Shown one piece after another: positions 28,480 through 42,347 of a stretch of 64,000 nt of DNA. The stretch is taken from the NCBI RefSeq assembly GCF_026210795.1, contig NC_089435.1, positions 2,108,001 to 2,172,000 on the forward strand, written 5' to 3'. Each line of letters begins with the position of its first letter. Within the stretch, counting starts at the first letter, position 1. Below the pieces are notes generated by a model. The model saw only the letters and a program-made list of their open reading frames with translations, was not told the DNA's origin and ran no database searches. The position numbers and the translations under genes are program-made. The stretch comes from Rhizophagus irregularis (lineage: Eukaryota).

Positions 28480-28997
28480 TAGGGATGCCAAAAGTTCGGT
28501 TATAACCGATCATAACCGGGTTTTACCGGTTCGGTTATCGGTTCAGTTTCAGTCCAAGACTGACCGGTTAACCGTCAGTTTTATATATAAAAAAACCGAT
28601 CAAAAAACCGATCGGTTAATTGTAAATTTTAATATATTCCGGAAAAAAAAAATGATTTTGTTTATTGAGAATACCATTAAAACTATTGTTTTAGTGTTTT
28701 TATGTATAATATTCTCATTTTTGACATTATCGAATTTACGCGTTGATCACGTGATTTTTCGTTTCTCTGAAAAATCACAACATCGGCGTTATTGTTGTAA
28801 AAAATTACATAAATTCAAAGAATATTATTCAAAAAGTTATAATTGATACTTTATGCATTATTTTATTCGATTTTGCAGTATTTTTGTAATCGGTTTTGTA
28901 GTTCAGTTTTATCGGTCAGTTTGCGGTCGGTTCGGTTTTGGTTGAAAACTGCAGTTTTAAAACCGAAACCGAACCGAACTGACCATTGGCATCCCTA
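28480..28997. mobile_element. hAT-type MITE (518 bp) in the LINE 3' UTR
   Basis: 12-bp TIR TAGGGATGCCAA/TTGGCATCCCTA (Ac-like), perfect 8-bp TSD CTCCTGAG (28472-28479, 28998-29005), many subterminal ACCG/CGGT motifs. Confidence 0.92.
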
Positions 28998-30039
28998 CTC
29001 CTGAGAGGTTGGATTTAGCATTAGCTTAGAATTTATTGTTCTTTTAGATCATGTTTATTCTTATTTAGCGTTCAGTCCGTATTTTAAAAATAAAAATAAA
29101 ATAAAATAAAATTGATCAACAATCATGTGACAAACCTGTGTTTTAAGATAAGTTATCATTGATCAGCAAAATACAACACTACAAAATTCATAATGCGGGC
29201 CAAAACGTATAGTGCTGGCCAGACAATTTTGGCCTGAATTTTGACTTTCGGCAGAGTTTCAGTTTCAGGAATGACTGGCCAAAACATCATGCTGAAATTA
29301 CTGAGTTTTGGCAATATGTATAGTTCCAACTATTGTATTTTGAAAACCAAAATGAACAGAATGCTATTTCTTATTATAAATTTTACAGCTCCCTATGAAT
29401 GATGGACTCTTGTTACATTAATAAGATTAAGATAAAATTAAAAAAAAACTATGATAGAATCCTAAATAGCATAGCTAATAGTAAATTAAGCAAATTTTAT
29501 ATACTAGTAAAGCTCTGCATGAGCTGAGCCAGCATGCAAGCTGAGCCATACTTAATAAGTTGGCTTGATGCTTGATAAGCTGGCTCAAAAAAGCTTGAGC
29601 TGGCTCACCTGCAAAGTAATAAAATAAAAATTAATCATTAGTATTTTTTTTTTTTTTTTTGTATAATTGGCATAAAAACATTTTTTGAAATCTACTATTT
29701 TAAATACTTTTAATATATATAAATAAAAATTGGAGATTGTTAAACGTCGCCTGGGCGATCATCACCTGGTTTTTTTTCAAATATGTCATATAATGTATCT
29801 AATTTTTGATTGGTTATTATTGTAAAAGATATTTTTAAAAATTATTTTTTGCAAACATATTTATTCAAAATAATCTTATTTAATAAAATTTTATTTTCAA
29901 ATATTAAAATTTAAGTCACACATTTTTGATTTTAAAGAAAAAAATCACTATATTTATTTTTAATGAAGTAATACAAATAAAAAAACAATAACAATAAATA
30001 AAAAAGATAAGTAAATTATAATGATCAAGGAGAAAGATG

Positions 30040-30510
30040 CTAATAAAATTGAAATAACAATGGAGTAATGGAAAGTAATAGAAGATGAAAGGGAGTAAAA
30101 AAGGATAATGAGAAGTGTTAGGAAACAAAAAGGAAAAAAGGACATGATGAGAGATGAAAAGGAGTGATGGGAGACGAAAAGAGTAATGGGAAGATGAAGA
30201 GGAGTGGTGGGACAAAACGAAGTGATGGGAGATGAAGAAGAGTGATAAGAGATAAAAAGGAGTGATGGGAGACAAAAAGAAGTGATGGGAAGATGAAGAG
30301 AAGTGATGGGAAACGAAAAGAAGTGATGGGAGATGAAAAGAAGTGATGGGAGACGAAGAGGAGTGATGGGAGACGGAAAGAAGTGATGGGAAGATGAAGA
30401 GGAGTAATGGGAGATAAAAAGGAGCGATGGGAAACGAAAAGGAGTAATGGGAGACAAAGAGGAGTGATGAGCGATGAAAAGAAGTGATGAGAAGACGAAG
30501 AGGAGTAAAA
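30040..30510. repeat. Purine-rich ~20-21-bp minisatellite (GAAGAGGAGTGATGGGAGAC)
   Basis: About 20 degenerate tandem units; explains the spurious ORFs on the minus strand. Confidence 0.85.
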
Positions 30511-30529
30511 ATTTATTAAAATTGTAAAA

Positions 30530-32130
30530 TTTAATAAAAATTTTCCAATAAACTTTCAATCAATTTTTTATAAAAAAAAGATCTCTAATGAAATTCTTTA
30601 TTAAAAAAAAAATTTCAAGCCGAATACACTTATTAAAAAAAAAACTATTTTTAATAAAAATTTTCTATTAAGATTCTAAACAAAATTCTTCATCAAAAAA
30701 TAAAAAATTTTTTTCAACAAACAATTCTCTAATGAAATTCTCAATCAAAAAAAATATCTCTAATTAAATAAAAATTCAAAGATTCTTACCACCTATTAAA
30801 AAAAATTTTCAAAAAAATTTATATATCAAAAAAAAAAAACTCCTCTCCTATTAAAAAAAAATCTCCCTGTTAAAATACATTAACGAAATGATCTATCAAA
30901 AAAAAAAAAATCTTACCTATTAAAAAAAAAATTCTATGATGAAATTTCTATAAATTCTCAGTGAAATCTATTAAAGAAAAATTCTTTAATGAAATTCTCT
31001 ATCAAAAACAATCCTCCTATTAAAAAAATTCTCCAATAAAATTCTCTGTCAAAAATACTTTCACCTATTAAAAAAAATTCCCAAAAGAAATTCTTTATCA
31101 AGGAAAACTCCCTTCTATTAAAAAAAAAATTCTTAATTAAATTCTCTATCAAAAAAAAAATAATCTCACTTGTTAAAAGAATTTTCTAATGAAATTATCT
31201 ATCAAAAAATAATCTTCCTTATTAAAAAAATTCTTCAAATAATTTTCTACAAAAAAAAAAATCTCAATAAATTCTCTATAAATACAATCCAATAATAAGA
31301 GGTCATATAACAAATATATAAAGTATAAACAAAAAAAAAAAGAATTTTCACATTTTTAATACTTAATACGCACTCTTTTTCAAGAACTCCTCTAAGAAAT
31401 TTCTTCATTTTACCAGTGATTGTAAATCTCTGCATTTACCTATTATGAGAAAGAAAAAATTATTAATAGTGTGCTAAATTTTTATTTAATGGTAAAGAAG
31501 ACATAGCCAATTCCTCCTTTAGAATTAGCAGACTTTACTAATAACAAAGTAGGATGTTATCTGCTTGAGTTGGTTATCAAGTGAACAAAAGAAATAAAAA
31601 ACATAAAAAAAAAAAGAAAAAAAAGGGAATAAAAAATAAAAATAAAAATGAAAATAAAAATAAAAATAAAAATAAAAATAAAAATAAAAATAAAAATAAA
31701 AAAGAAAAAGCAGGTAATTTCATAGGAATTACCCACTTTGCTCACCCTTACCCAACCCAGACAAACAAATCCAGTACCCTCCTAAGTAAAATTTGTGAAC
31801 TCCCCGACTCAATGAGTTATCCGTTCTAATTTTGACTTAGGAAGTTACCCACTTTGCAAATAAAAAAATACACACCTCTTTTAAAGTCTCTTGAGCCATT
31901 TACACTCATCTAGAAAATCAGTAATGCTCCATTCAGAGAACTTTCATCTGTTGTCCAGTGTTTCAATACAAAATATTGCTATAACTGATAAATAAAAAAA
32001 AAGGAATAAATACAATCCAATGATAAGAGGTCAGATAACAAATATAAAGTATAAACATCAAAAAAAAAAAAAATTTCGCGTTTTTAATACTTGATACACA
32101 CTCTTTTTCAAGAACTCCTCTAAGAAAATA
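30530..32130. repeat. A-rich degenerate repeats, an (AAAAAT)n tract at 31630-31700, and a ~125-bp direct repeat (31280-31402 / 32008-32128)
   Basis: AAATACAATCCAAT.ATAAGAGGTCA...CACTCTTTTTCAAGAACTCCTCTAAGAAA appears twice. Confidence 0.7.
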
Positions 32131-32159
32131 TGTGCACACTCCCTGTAGATGGTGTTTTA

Positions 32160-32890
32160 CTTCCTTTTTTTTTGTCTTTTTTTTAGGTCTATTTTCTCTC
32201 ATACAGTTCTTTTTCTTTATTAGGGGAAATGCGTCTGATATGTCCTGGAAAGATGAAATGGGAAAGAATTAGGTTTTCTCTTAGGCTCCTTTTCTTTCCA
32301 CATACCTAAACATCATGGCCTGACAGCCCTGACCCAAGAAATGTAAAGTAACGTGTGCTTCAAAACTTATGACATGACTGACGCGTCAATTTAACCCCAC
32401 GTGTTAATTTTCAATCAACCAATTATTTTTGTTCGAATATTTTTTAAATTTCTTTACAAAGTATTAAGGAAGACGTGAAAAAGGGGGCTTAAGGAAGACC
32501 TAATAAAGAGACCTAAAGAAATCTAGTCAGAGAGAAGATAGAGAAGATAGACCTAAAAAAAAGATGACGAAAAAAAAGATAAAGAAAGCCTAAAAAAAAG
32601 ACAATGAAAAAAAAGATGGAAAAAAAGAAGATAAAGAAAGCCAGGATGAAAAAAAGATGATGAAAAAAGGAAAAAAAATGCCTAAAAAAAAGACAAAAAA
32701 GAAGATAAAGAATGCCAGGATGAAAAAAAAGATGACGAAAAAAAGAAGATAAAAAAAGCCTAAAAAAAATGACGATGAAAAAAAAGATGAAAAAAAGAAG
32801 ATAAAGAAAGCCAGGATGAAAAAAAAGATGACGAAAAAAAGAAGATGAAAAAAAAGATGAAAAAAGAGATAAAGAAAGCCTAAAAAGATT
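32160..32890. repeat. A-rich dispersed repeat family (GATGACGAAAAAAAAGAAGATAAAGAAAGCC units); related copy at 57920-58520
   Basis: Shared AAGACCTAATAAAGAG and AGAGAAGATAGACCTAAAAAAA motifs at both loci. Confidence 0.65.
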
Positions 32891-34221
32891 AATGAGATAT
32901 TTATATTATTTAAATCATATACTCATGACGAAACCCACATCAAGATTATGTGTTACATGTCATTTTTTTTGCGTAACTTATTGATCGGTCTTTTAGAATT
33001 ATGCTGATTTTGTCGGACTGATATTTTTTTGTTTATGGCTAAATGATTGATATTTTTTTTTTTATCGTATATAATAACACAGATTTAGTTTACTTGTCTG
33101 CTCTAATTTTAAACTGAATTACAAATTAATAAAGTAACTATAATATAAATTTTTGGCCACGTCATGATAGTATTATGTCATTACTATGTCATTCCACTTT
33201 TATAGCAAAATTACCGTTCTACGCCTCAAGGAGAGATATATGATGTCATGTGATTGATAAAATTAAAGGTCGGTTTGTCAATTGTATTTTACAATTTTTA
33301 CCAATATTCTAACCAATTTCTTTGGTAGATTGTACTGAATTTTTTTTAACATAACGCAGGCCAAAATTAGAAGCTTGACCAGCATTATAATCTAACTAAT
33401 AACAACGAGCGATAATTTAATTACCGGTACTTTTCCACCAAAATCATAGAGGAAAAAAAATAATCTAAATAAATACGTTCAAAGATTTTTAATAACGTTC
33501 ATATGTGTTATAATTATTAGTAATTTATAATATTTTTAATATTTTGTAACTTCCCAAATTCCAATAATTAATATTTTCGCTTATATAATCCTGTCACCAC
33601 TATAAAGGTATATAAAAAACTTAAAAACTATGGTATAGATAAATTAGATCACAATTTCTTATTGTAATTTTCCATTAAAGTATGAAGTATTAGAATATTT
33701 AATGCAAATGAATATTAATTTAAAATTAAATATTAATACATAAAAAATTTATTCATGACTTGTTATTCCGATAATTGTTTTTGGGTCCAAAATCTGACAT
33801 GAACACTCTCAGTACTAGTTACAAATCAATCTAGCGAGTTTTATGTCTGATTATCCTCTATAGGTAGTTTAAAGCTAAAATATAAAATAAAAGGAATAGT
33901 TCAAAAATTTGACTTTGATTGTTTTTATGAATATGAAAAATTTGACTAAAGTCAGATTTCGGCTTAGTTAATTTCTGCATAAAGCTCTATGAATATTATT
34001 AAAAATTTTTTTATAATAATTTTTCTATATTTTCCAAATTATATAATTAATATCTAATTGCACACAATAAAGGAATTTTTACACTCAAGTTGATTGTAAA
34101 CACAGTAACAACATGTACTTTCAAATTATTGTATAGTAAAACCAAATAAAATCTTTTTATTGTTCGCTCCGAATCCTATTTGCGTTATGTAATAACTTTG
34201 TATAACAAAAATATCATAAAT

Positions 34222-35713
34222 TCATGATATGATTTGAAATACTTCATATTCTTCCACAGAAAAATTATCAACAGCCGTTTCTCTGATGTGTTTTTCGTAG
34301 AAACCCTTCGAACAACCACAAAAAACTCCAATTAAAGAAAGGTCACCACCAAATGATGGGCCATGACCACTAGCGTTATATATAGCATATTTTTCAAATT
34401 TTATACGACTTAAAATATAACTTTCAATGTCATCACTATCTTTAAAAGAAAATATAAAACTATCTTTAGTAGAGCTAAAAGCTTCATCACAAATTTCACT
34501 AAACTCATTAGATTCCCATGCAATAGGATTATATCCTCCAAGAATTTCTTTACTATCTTTCACTTTAATGATTGTTATAGTATGAGATTGATTGTCACAG
34601 ATTTCATGAAATTTTTTAGGTGTAAATCCATCACGAGATCCACGAAGTAATAATTTGAATTTGTACGCATGTTTTATCTCATCTGTAATTTCTAATCTAT
34701 TGACCCATTTTAAGATTAACTCAGCGTGTTGAATTGTAATAATTTCGGAATCAATTTCCTTAGCAGCCGTACGAGGTTTTGACTTTCTGGTTAATTGGTC
34801 ATTAGAGCTCAAAAAATATTTTAGTAAATCTTTATATAATTCTTTTGGTAAAATTTTTTTATAGGGTAATACTTCATCTGAAAATTCATTAGAAGATAAA
34901 TTATAGAATCTAATAAATGGAATACAATGTTGCAAACTATTTCTCAAAGTATCCAAATCTTCTTTTGAAAAATTCGTAGGATCAGAAGAGAGTTCCGGAT
35001 TTTGAGCATGTCCCCATTTAACCATATGTTTCCATACTTGAACTTCGTCCATTTGAAGATTATCACTTTGAATAATTGTGATCAAAAGTTTTTCTGGAAT
35101 TGAAGAAAAATTTAAAGATTTGAATATCTTATCCGGTTCATTAGACGTTAAATCAGTACAAAATTTTTGCAGTTCCAAAAAAGAATCGTTCTCAAAGCTT
35201 GTTTGATATACCAAATTAAAATTTTGTTCCATCCAATTTGTCTTAGTTTCAATCAAATAAGATTGTAAATAAGTGATTAATTCCTGAAAGCCAAGTTCAT
35301 TTCCAGCAACCAAGATTTTAATTATATCCGAAGTATCATATTCATCCAAAGAAATTTTTCCACTATAAATATATCTAAAAATAAAAAAATTATAAATTTA
35401 AATATTTTATTTTTAAAATATTTTTATATTTTAAATTATAATTCTTATCTTCATACCTTAATATTACTTGAAAAATTTCTGGTAAAATATTTGGTAATTT
35501 TATATGAACCAAAGTTTCATCATTTTTCTTTTTATTTGTTGTCAAAATTCTTCGTAAATAAGTTGAACGATAATGTAAGATAACCATATGAGCACGGAAT
35601 ATCTTTACATAAGGGTCATTACCAACTTCAATAGTAACATCATAATATTCTTCATCATTTAAACTTTCAAGTAAATTTTGTGATAATCTTGGTAAAAGTT
35701 TATTTTCATCCAT
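34222..35713 (-). CDS. BTB-BACK-TLDc protein, copy 3 (exons 35713-35457 and 35374-34222)
   Basis: Same two-exon structure and motifs as copy 2; exon 1 and upstream region nearly identical to copy 1. Confidence 0.92.
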
Positions 35714-35835
35714 GATTTTACAAATTTAAAAGAAGAAAAAGAAATTAACTTTTTTAATTTTTGTTTGACTTATATATTTGCTACTGCAGCTTGTTGATCC
35801 AAAACATCCTAATATTTTTGTGTTACTCAGATAAT

Positions 35836-35970
35836 GGTGTAGTTAGCCAAAAAATAATTAGCCCGGCTCAGGCGTAGATCGTCGTGGAATTCCAGAGGAT
35901 TTTCTGCAATTAAACCGGGTCCGGATGATCGGCAATCAGGAATTCGGCTCCGTTTTTCGGCTAACTATCC
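35836..35970. mobile_element. Small MITE in the promoter of BTB copy 3
   Basis: GGTGTAGTTAGCCAAAAAA / TTTTTCGGCTAACTATCC inverted ends; absent from the paralogous promoter near 490-500; possible ATAAT/ATCAT TSD. Confidence 0.65.
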
Positions 35971-37329
35971 ATCATACGGTAATGCGACACAAAGTGGTAT
36001 AAATAATTGAAATTAAAATCGGCTTTGTAAAATTTTACGAAGTCGAAGTAACTGGGATTTATTAATCATTGACAGTTTTTTTTTATTATATTATTTTAAT
36101 TAGATTAAGAATAGATTCTATTTTTACATTTATTGCTATGATCATGATTAGGTAATTCAATTGACGTATCTTCGCCCAATAGATAAGGTCTTCTCAATTC
36201 TTCAAGAATGGGAGTATGGGACCTATAGGACCTGGGTCTTGATGATGTCTAAGAAAGAAAGGGAGAGGTTATCATATGATCACTCAGATAAATAAGTTAT
36301 TGAATTACTAGGCTGATATCAGAACGCTTATCCACGCTTACTCAGGCACATATACCAGATATCATCTAGACTCACAAAGAATCCCGACAAATAAGCATAA
36401 GCATATTTGGAAAACCTTAGACATATACGTGTGTGAGCAGACCCATGAACTAAATCGTAAAAAAGCCTTCATTGCAATTAAAGCCCAACCTCCAAATTTG
36501 AACACAATAACTCACCAAATGCGCAGAAGAATGTAAAAATGGCTGAACTTATAGATTTTTTTTGTAAGAAGACCTGAATATTGAAATTGATTTATTGAGA
36601 AGGAAATAAAACCTTTTTATATATTTTTTATTGTACAACTTTTATGTATTAAATATTGAGTACAAAATGTACAAAAGTTAAATTGCAATGACTCATATAG
36701 TTGATGTGAATATTTCTTTACCTTATTTATACTAGTTACATAGACTGATACAAGTTTATTCACAATAAATAAAATTATTACACATTATTTTTACTTAAAT
36801 ATTGCATAATTTCAGCTAAACTTGATTTTGAAATATTTTACATTAAACGGATTTATAGTTTAAGCCATAAATACTTTCCTTCAATAATTTTTTTTTTTAC
36901 TTTAAAATTATGTACAATATATAAATTATTTTGATTATTCAATTTTTAATTTCCGCAATGTATTAATAACATGATCCAAAGATCATTAATTAGTAGATTT
37001 AAAATTTATTGAGGTTTCCTTTGATTAAATTCAAATGAGACAAATGCGTATTGTATACAAAAGTTAATTTTAACTTTAATTAAAATAGGCCATTTAAACT
37101 TATTATAGCTTTTAACAATGAAACAATTAGCTAAACTAAAATAATAAATGTTAAAAACAATATTAACGTTGGTCTCAGTTAAGTCGGCATCACTATGTAC
37201 TACATGAGTTACCTATGAGTAAATGACCATAATCATTTCCTAGACTCTAATTCGTTAAATTATATTATTAATTTCATCATCTATTTTAACTTTTTCTTGA
37301 TCAATTTCTAAATTTATTTCATGCCTTAC

Positions 37330-37640
37330 TGCCATTACTTTCACTTCCAATCCCATCATCTAATCGATCGTTACGTAACTTTCTTTTATCCTTCCTACAT
37401 ATCCTTGACTCTTTTCAAATTCAACTACATCATTACACCTCAGAAACTAAATTTTAGATCAAAGTTTATTCAAGATTTCGTTACATACTTGAATAACCTT
37501 TGTTTTTTCTTTTCTCATTTCCGAGTCTGAGAAGATTTTAGTATTGATTAAACTTCGAGTTAATTCTCTCATTAATTGAGTATCCGTGCATAATTTTTTT
37601 AGGAGGAAGACAAGTTGTTCTTTCGACAAAAAGTTGATTT
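37330..37640 (-). pseudogene. Relic of the C-terminus of another LINE ORF2
   Basis: Reads EILNKL*SKI*FLRCNDVVEFEKSQG..RKDKRK, comparable to QEIWPKHCSLLKLWEQRNGITSKRKR at the end of the large LINE ORF2. Confidence 0.45.
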
Positions 37641-38041
37641 TAAAGTTCTTGACTGATAATTTATAGAAAATCTTTGATAATATTAGTATTACTACAGAGC
37701 ACCGAGTTAGGTAGTAGTAAAGTTGTATTGAGATTATTGATACACATACAATAAAATTGCAATTTACTTCACCTTACCCTCACATAAATAAGTGATAACA
37801 TTAGTAATCAAACTTAGTATTAAACGTTTACAGAGCTTTACAATCCTCCTACCTCCCTATGTTAAAGATTTTTGGGCAGAGTACTAATATAAATCTTTTT
37901 TTAAACATATTAATTTTAAATATTCAATAAATTAGACTAGTAATTACTTTTATTAGTACTTGGTAGTATGGTTAAATAGCGTTAAATATCAAATAATTTA
38001 CATTTTTTTTAAACTTTTCATTGTAGAAAAAAGGAAGAGTA

Positions 38042-38228
38042 CAGTCAAACCTTTATATAACGATAATATGTCGGGACATATATGAAATTTTTAGGAAATA
38101 TCGTTATATCAAAGTTATACCGATATTTATATGTCCTCACATAAATTGGGAAAATAAAATTTTATCGGTATATCAAGATTTTAATAGTATATCGGTATAT
38201 CGAATATCGGTATATCGAGGTTAGACTG
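38042..38228. mobile_element. Tc1/mariner-pogo-type MITE (187 bp)
   Basis: TA|CAGTCAAACCTTTATATAACGATA ... TATCGGTATATCGAGGTTAGACTG|TA; 24-bp imperfect TIR and TA TSD. Confidence 0.85.
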
Positions 38229-39168
38229 TAGGTATCAATTAATGAAAACCATAGATATTTAATTAAGTTACTAAAAAAAGAGTAAATAATCAATAAAGGA
38301 AAAAGCAAGGGCTAATATGTGAGGTTACGTCAGCGGATGAAAGGAAGGAAAATTGAATGGGTTACCATAAAATCGTCTAATGCCAGTACAGTAGAATGCT
38401 CCTTCGCTAACGCCCCGGACAATGAATATTCCTCTTAATGAATTAGAATTGAAATGTGTGAGAATTAGTTAAGAGGAAATTGAAAATTCGCAAAACTTTT
38501 TTTTTTTTTGAATTTAAGCAATATGACGTTCGCAAATATCGAAACTATTAATATTGATAAATGAAATATGAATTATACAAAAAAAAATTTTTGAAATATA
38601 GGATATGCAAACTATTTTACCACTTTGTATTATACAGTACATAGTATTATCGTTGTAATAATTTTATCAATTTGTATGTGTTGTATTACCTAAGTTTCAA
38701 GACATTCCTCATTATAGAAGTTTTAATAACCCACATAGAAGGATACGTCCACGAATAGATGATTGATTAAACGCCCACAAGCACAATTGGGTTATACTCG
38801 TATAATGATCGTGAATATTTATAAGCAATAATTTTAATCTACCGAGTAATTGATTATAAATTTTATGCGAGCGACAAGCGTTGCTCATAAGACTATAAAA
38901 GATTGTCATTATTCATCAGGAGGTAAATGGGCATGTACAGTAAATTTATTTATTTAATTAAAGTTCTCTAATCACTAAAGTAGGTTTGCTTAAAAATAAA
39001 AAATTCTGGTCATAGGCTAATCTTTCTTATACATTGCACTTAATATAATCGTCATGATAACATAACACATTTCCACCAAATTCTCCAATTATCATTATGA
39101 CGGTTTCATGTTTGAAATGAAAATAAAAATAAGTAAAAGAATATATTCTATAGAAACAAAATCAATTA

Positions 39169-40658
39169 TTACTTTTCCTTTATAATTTGAAACACTTCAT
39201 ATTCTTCCACAGCAAATGTATCAGTAGTTTCTCTGATTTGTTTTTCGTAAGCGCTACCATCACAACAACCAGTGTCTCCATATAAACCAAGGTCACCAAT
39301 ACCAAATACTGGACCACTATTATTATAGTTAAGTAAAGCAAATCTTTTACATTTTACACAACTAAAAATATAAGTTTCAATATTATCACTGTTAAAAGAG
39401 AATATAAAACTCTTTTTAGTATATCTATAAGCTTCTTCACAAATTTCATCGTATTCAGATTCCCATTCAACTGGATTATACCCTCCAAGAATTTCATTAC
39501 TATCTTTCACTTTGATAATTGTTATAGTACGAGATTTATTATCACAGATTTCATGAAATGTTTTGGGTGTAAACCCATCACGAGATCCACGAAGTAACAA
39601 TTTGAATTTGTACGCATTTTTTATCTCATCCGTATTTTCTATCCATTTTGAGATTAATTCAGCATGTTGAATTGTAATGATTTTGGAATCAATATTAATT
39701 TCCTTAATAGTCGTACAAGGTTTTGAATCATTAATTGGTTGACTGTCAAGATTCATAAAATATTTTAATAAATCATCATATAATAATTCCTTTGGCAAAA
39801 CCTTTCTGTAAGGTAATACTTTGTCCGAAAATTCTCGAGAAGTTAAATTATGAAATTTTATAAATGGAATACACTGGCGGATATTATTTTTTAAAGTTTT
39901 GAAATCTTCTTTTGAAAAATTTGTAAGATCAGATGGAAGTTCTGGATTTTGAGCAAGTCCCCATTTAAGCACATGTTCCCATACTTGAATTTCGCTCATT
40001 TGAAGATTATCACTTTGAATAAGTGAGACTAAAAGTTTTTCCGGAATCGAAGAAAAATTTGGAGAATTGAATATATTATCTGGCTTTTTGTTTACTAAAT
40101 TAGTACAAAATTTTTGAAGTTCCAAGAAAGAATCGTTCTCAAAACTCGTTTGATATATCAAATTAAAATTTTGTACCATCCAATTTGCTTTAGTTTTAAC
40201 CAGAAAAGATTGTATGTAAGTGATTAATTCTTGAAGGCCAAGTACATTTCCAGTGACCAATATTTTAATTAAATCTGAAGCATGATATTCATCTAAAGAA
40301 AGTTTTCCACCATAAATATATCTTAAAATAAAAAAAGCGTTAATTTAATATTTTATTATAGAATCGTTTTATAATTTATATTTATTCTTAATTTTTCTTA
40401 CCTTAATACTATTTCAAAAATTTCAGGTAAAATATTTGGTAACTTTATATGTACCAAAGTTCCATCATTATTTTTTTTATTGGTTGTCAAAATTCTTCGT
40501 AAATAAGTAGAACGACAATGTAAGATAACCATATGAGCACGAAATATCTTTATATAAGGATCATTACCAACTTCAATAGTAATATCATAATATTCATTCT
40601 CTTTTAAAATTTCAAGTAAATTTTGGGATAATTTTGGTAAAAGTTTATTGTCATCCAT
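39169..40658 (-). CDS. BTB-BACK-TLDc protein, copy 4 (exons 40658-40402 and 40321-39169)
   Basis: Same two-exon structure; BTB, BACK and TLDc motifs intact. Confidence 0.92.
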
Positions 40659-42289
40659 GATTTATAAATTTAAAAGAAGAAAAAGAAGTTAACTTTAATT
40701 TTTTGTTGTACAATTGACTTACAGTATATAAATGGTTGCTGTAGCTTGTTGATCTCAATACAACATATACGAGCATATCTTTACTGATGATCTAATTTTT
40801 AGCAAGTCATGTGAATTTTGATGATCTACCACCGGTCCATAGTTTACGCTGATTATTGAAATATTTATTATTATTATAATTATTATTTTATTGGATATCT
40901 TCAATTTTTAGAATATATTACATAAGAATATGGTTTAGATAGTGATTTAAGTAGTACTCAAAAGTGATTATTATAATAATTAAAAATTACGAATAATTTA
41001 GTAGAAAACAAAAAAAAAAATACTTTATATTTATTTCTATAGATTATTTTCCGTTGCTCAAAAATCCTTTAAATCTCAGCATCACAATTATATTAGTAGA
41101 ATTGATCTTGAATACAAATTCAAGAAAACGTAATTACAGATTTTAATTTGATAACTTTAATTTATTCTTTTTTTAACTAAAATGGGGAAGCATATAAAAT
41201 TCAGATTAAAGAACTTTTGAATATAAATGAGCTTAAATTTGTTAATTTATCGAGAAAAATCTGATACTGAAAAATTAACATTGTGTATACGAATCAACTT
41301 AGTTTTTTAACTAGATAAGTAAACTCAATTTTGTTTATTTTCGTAATATTTTTCGTTTATATGTGTAAAAGCAAATAAAATACGATAAGAAATTCTACTT
41401 TCTTTGTACCATTTGAAAGTAACCATGATTTCCGAAATTATGTTAACCAATAAATATTTAAATCACATGAATTTTAAATCACATGAATGTACCAACGTAA
41501 AATTTTACATGCTGCGTTGCTAAACACGAAATTAAAAGAAAAATGTCTTTTCAAGCATTAACGCTCAACTACTATAGTAAGAAATAACTAAAATATGGTT
41601 CGAAAAAAGGAATTCATATAAAGTTGAAGAAAGTATATCTTGACGACGGACGCGTTTTTATTAACGATATTCTATTAGGACGCAGTAAAAAAAGAAAACA
41701 CAAATGATCATTTAATTTCTTACATATCAAGATACATGTTTGCTTTATAAATTCGTTTTTTAAAAAATGAGTCATTGCTCGAATCAAAATGAACTAACTT
41801 GATATATAAATAAATACACAATACAATTTTTTTTTTAAATATATAAAGGTTTTCATGCTATCTCAATCTCAAATTTTTATTGGTTTAAAATTTTTTATTA
41901 TAGAAATCAAAATCCGCGCGCCGCAACAAATTAAATATGAGAACCAATTTCTTAACTTTATATCAATTATTACAGTAAAACTTTTTGAATTTAAATTTTA
42001 AATAAAAAACTATCTCATATCCAAAATCTTATTTTAACCCTATATTCTAGATCTTAGATTCATCTTTTAATCCGTTTCAATAATTCTATCAAATAAATAT
42101 TTAACAAAATTTCAATTTTTACCACTCATTTCTTATTATTTGTATATACTAAAGTTTGTTAATTAGTGAGAAATGTAATAAATAGGATAGTATTTATTTT
42201 GTGGATTTAAATTGAAATCCCAAATGATTTTCGCCCTAAATTTGTTAAAGAGTCCCTTAATATAAAAAAAATTAAATATGATTGTCAAG

Positions 42290-42347
42290 ATCTTAGACTA
42301 GAATCGAACTAGTCAAAGCATAGACATGCTCTCCACCAGGATAAGAT
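42290..42347 (-). ncRNA. 58-nt tRNA-like mini-cloverleaf (mascRNA-like geometry), not a canonical tRNA
   Basis: ATCTTA-TCC TGGT GGA-G-AGCAT GTCT ATGCT-TT-GACTAG TTCGATT CTAGTC-TAAGAT: four perfect stems, canonical 7-nt T loop, GG in the D-like loop. Confidence 0.6.

Larger units (their letters stand above)
14989..29110 (+). mobile_element. Full-length non-LTR retrotransposon (LINE) with ORF1 and APE-RT-RNase H ORF2; interrupted by two insertions
   Basis: 14-bp TSD ATTGATCAACAATC at 14975-14988 and 29111-29124; (TAAAA)n tail just before the right TSD; coding domains as listed separately. Confidence 0.92.

Noticed and set aside
28439..28846. 135-aa ORF
   Set aside because: Runs through the non-coding hAT MITE
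29916..31829. ORFs of 60-199 aa
   Set aside because: Arise from minisatellite and (AAAAAT)n repeats
42290..42347. Canonical tRNA gene
   Set aside because: Only 58 nt, with a 4-nt anticodon loop and a 6-bp acceptor stem, so it cannot decode
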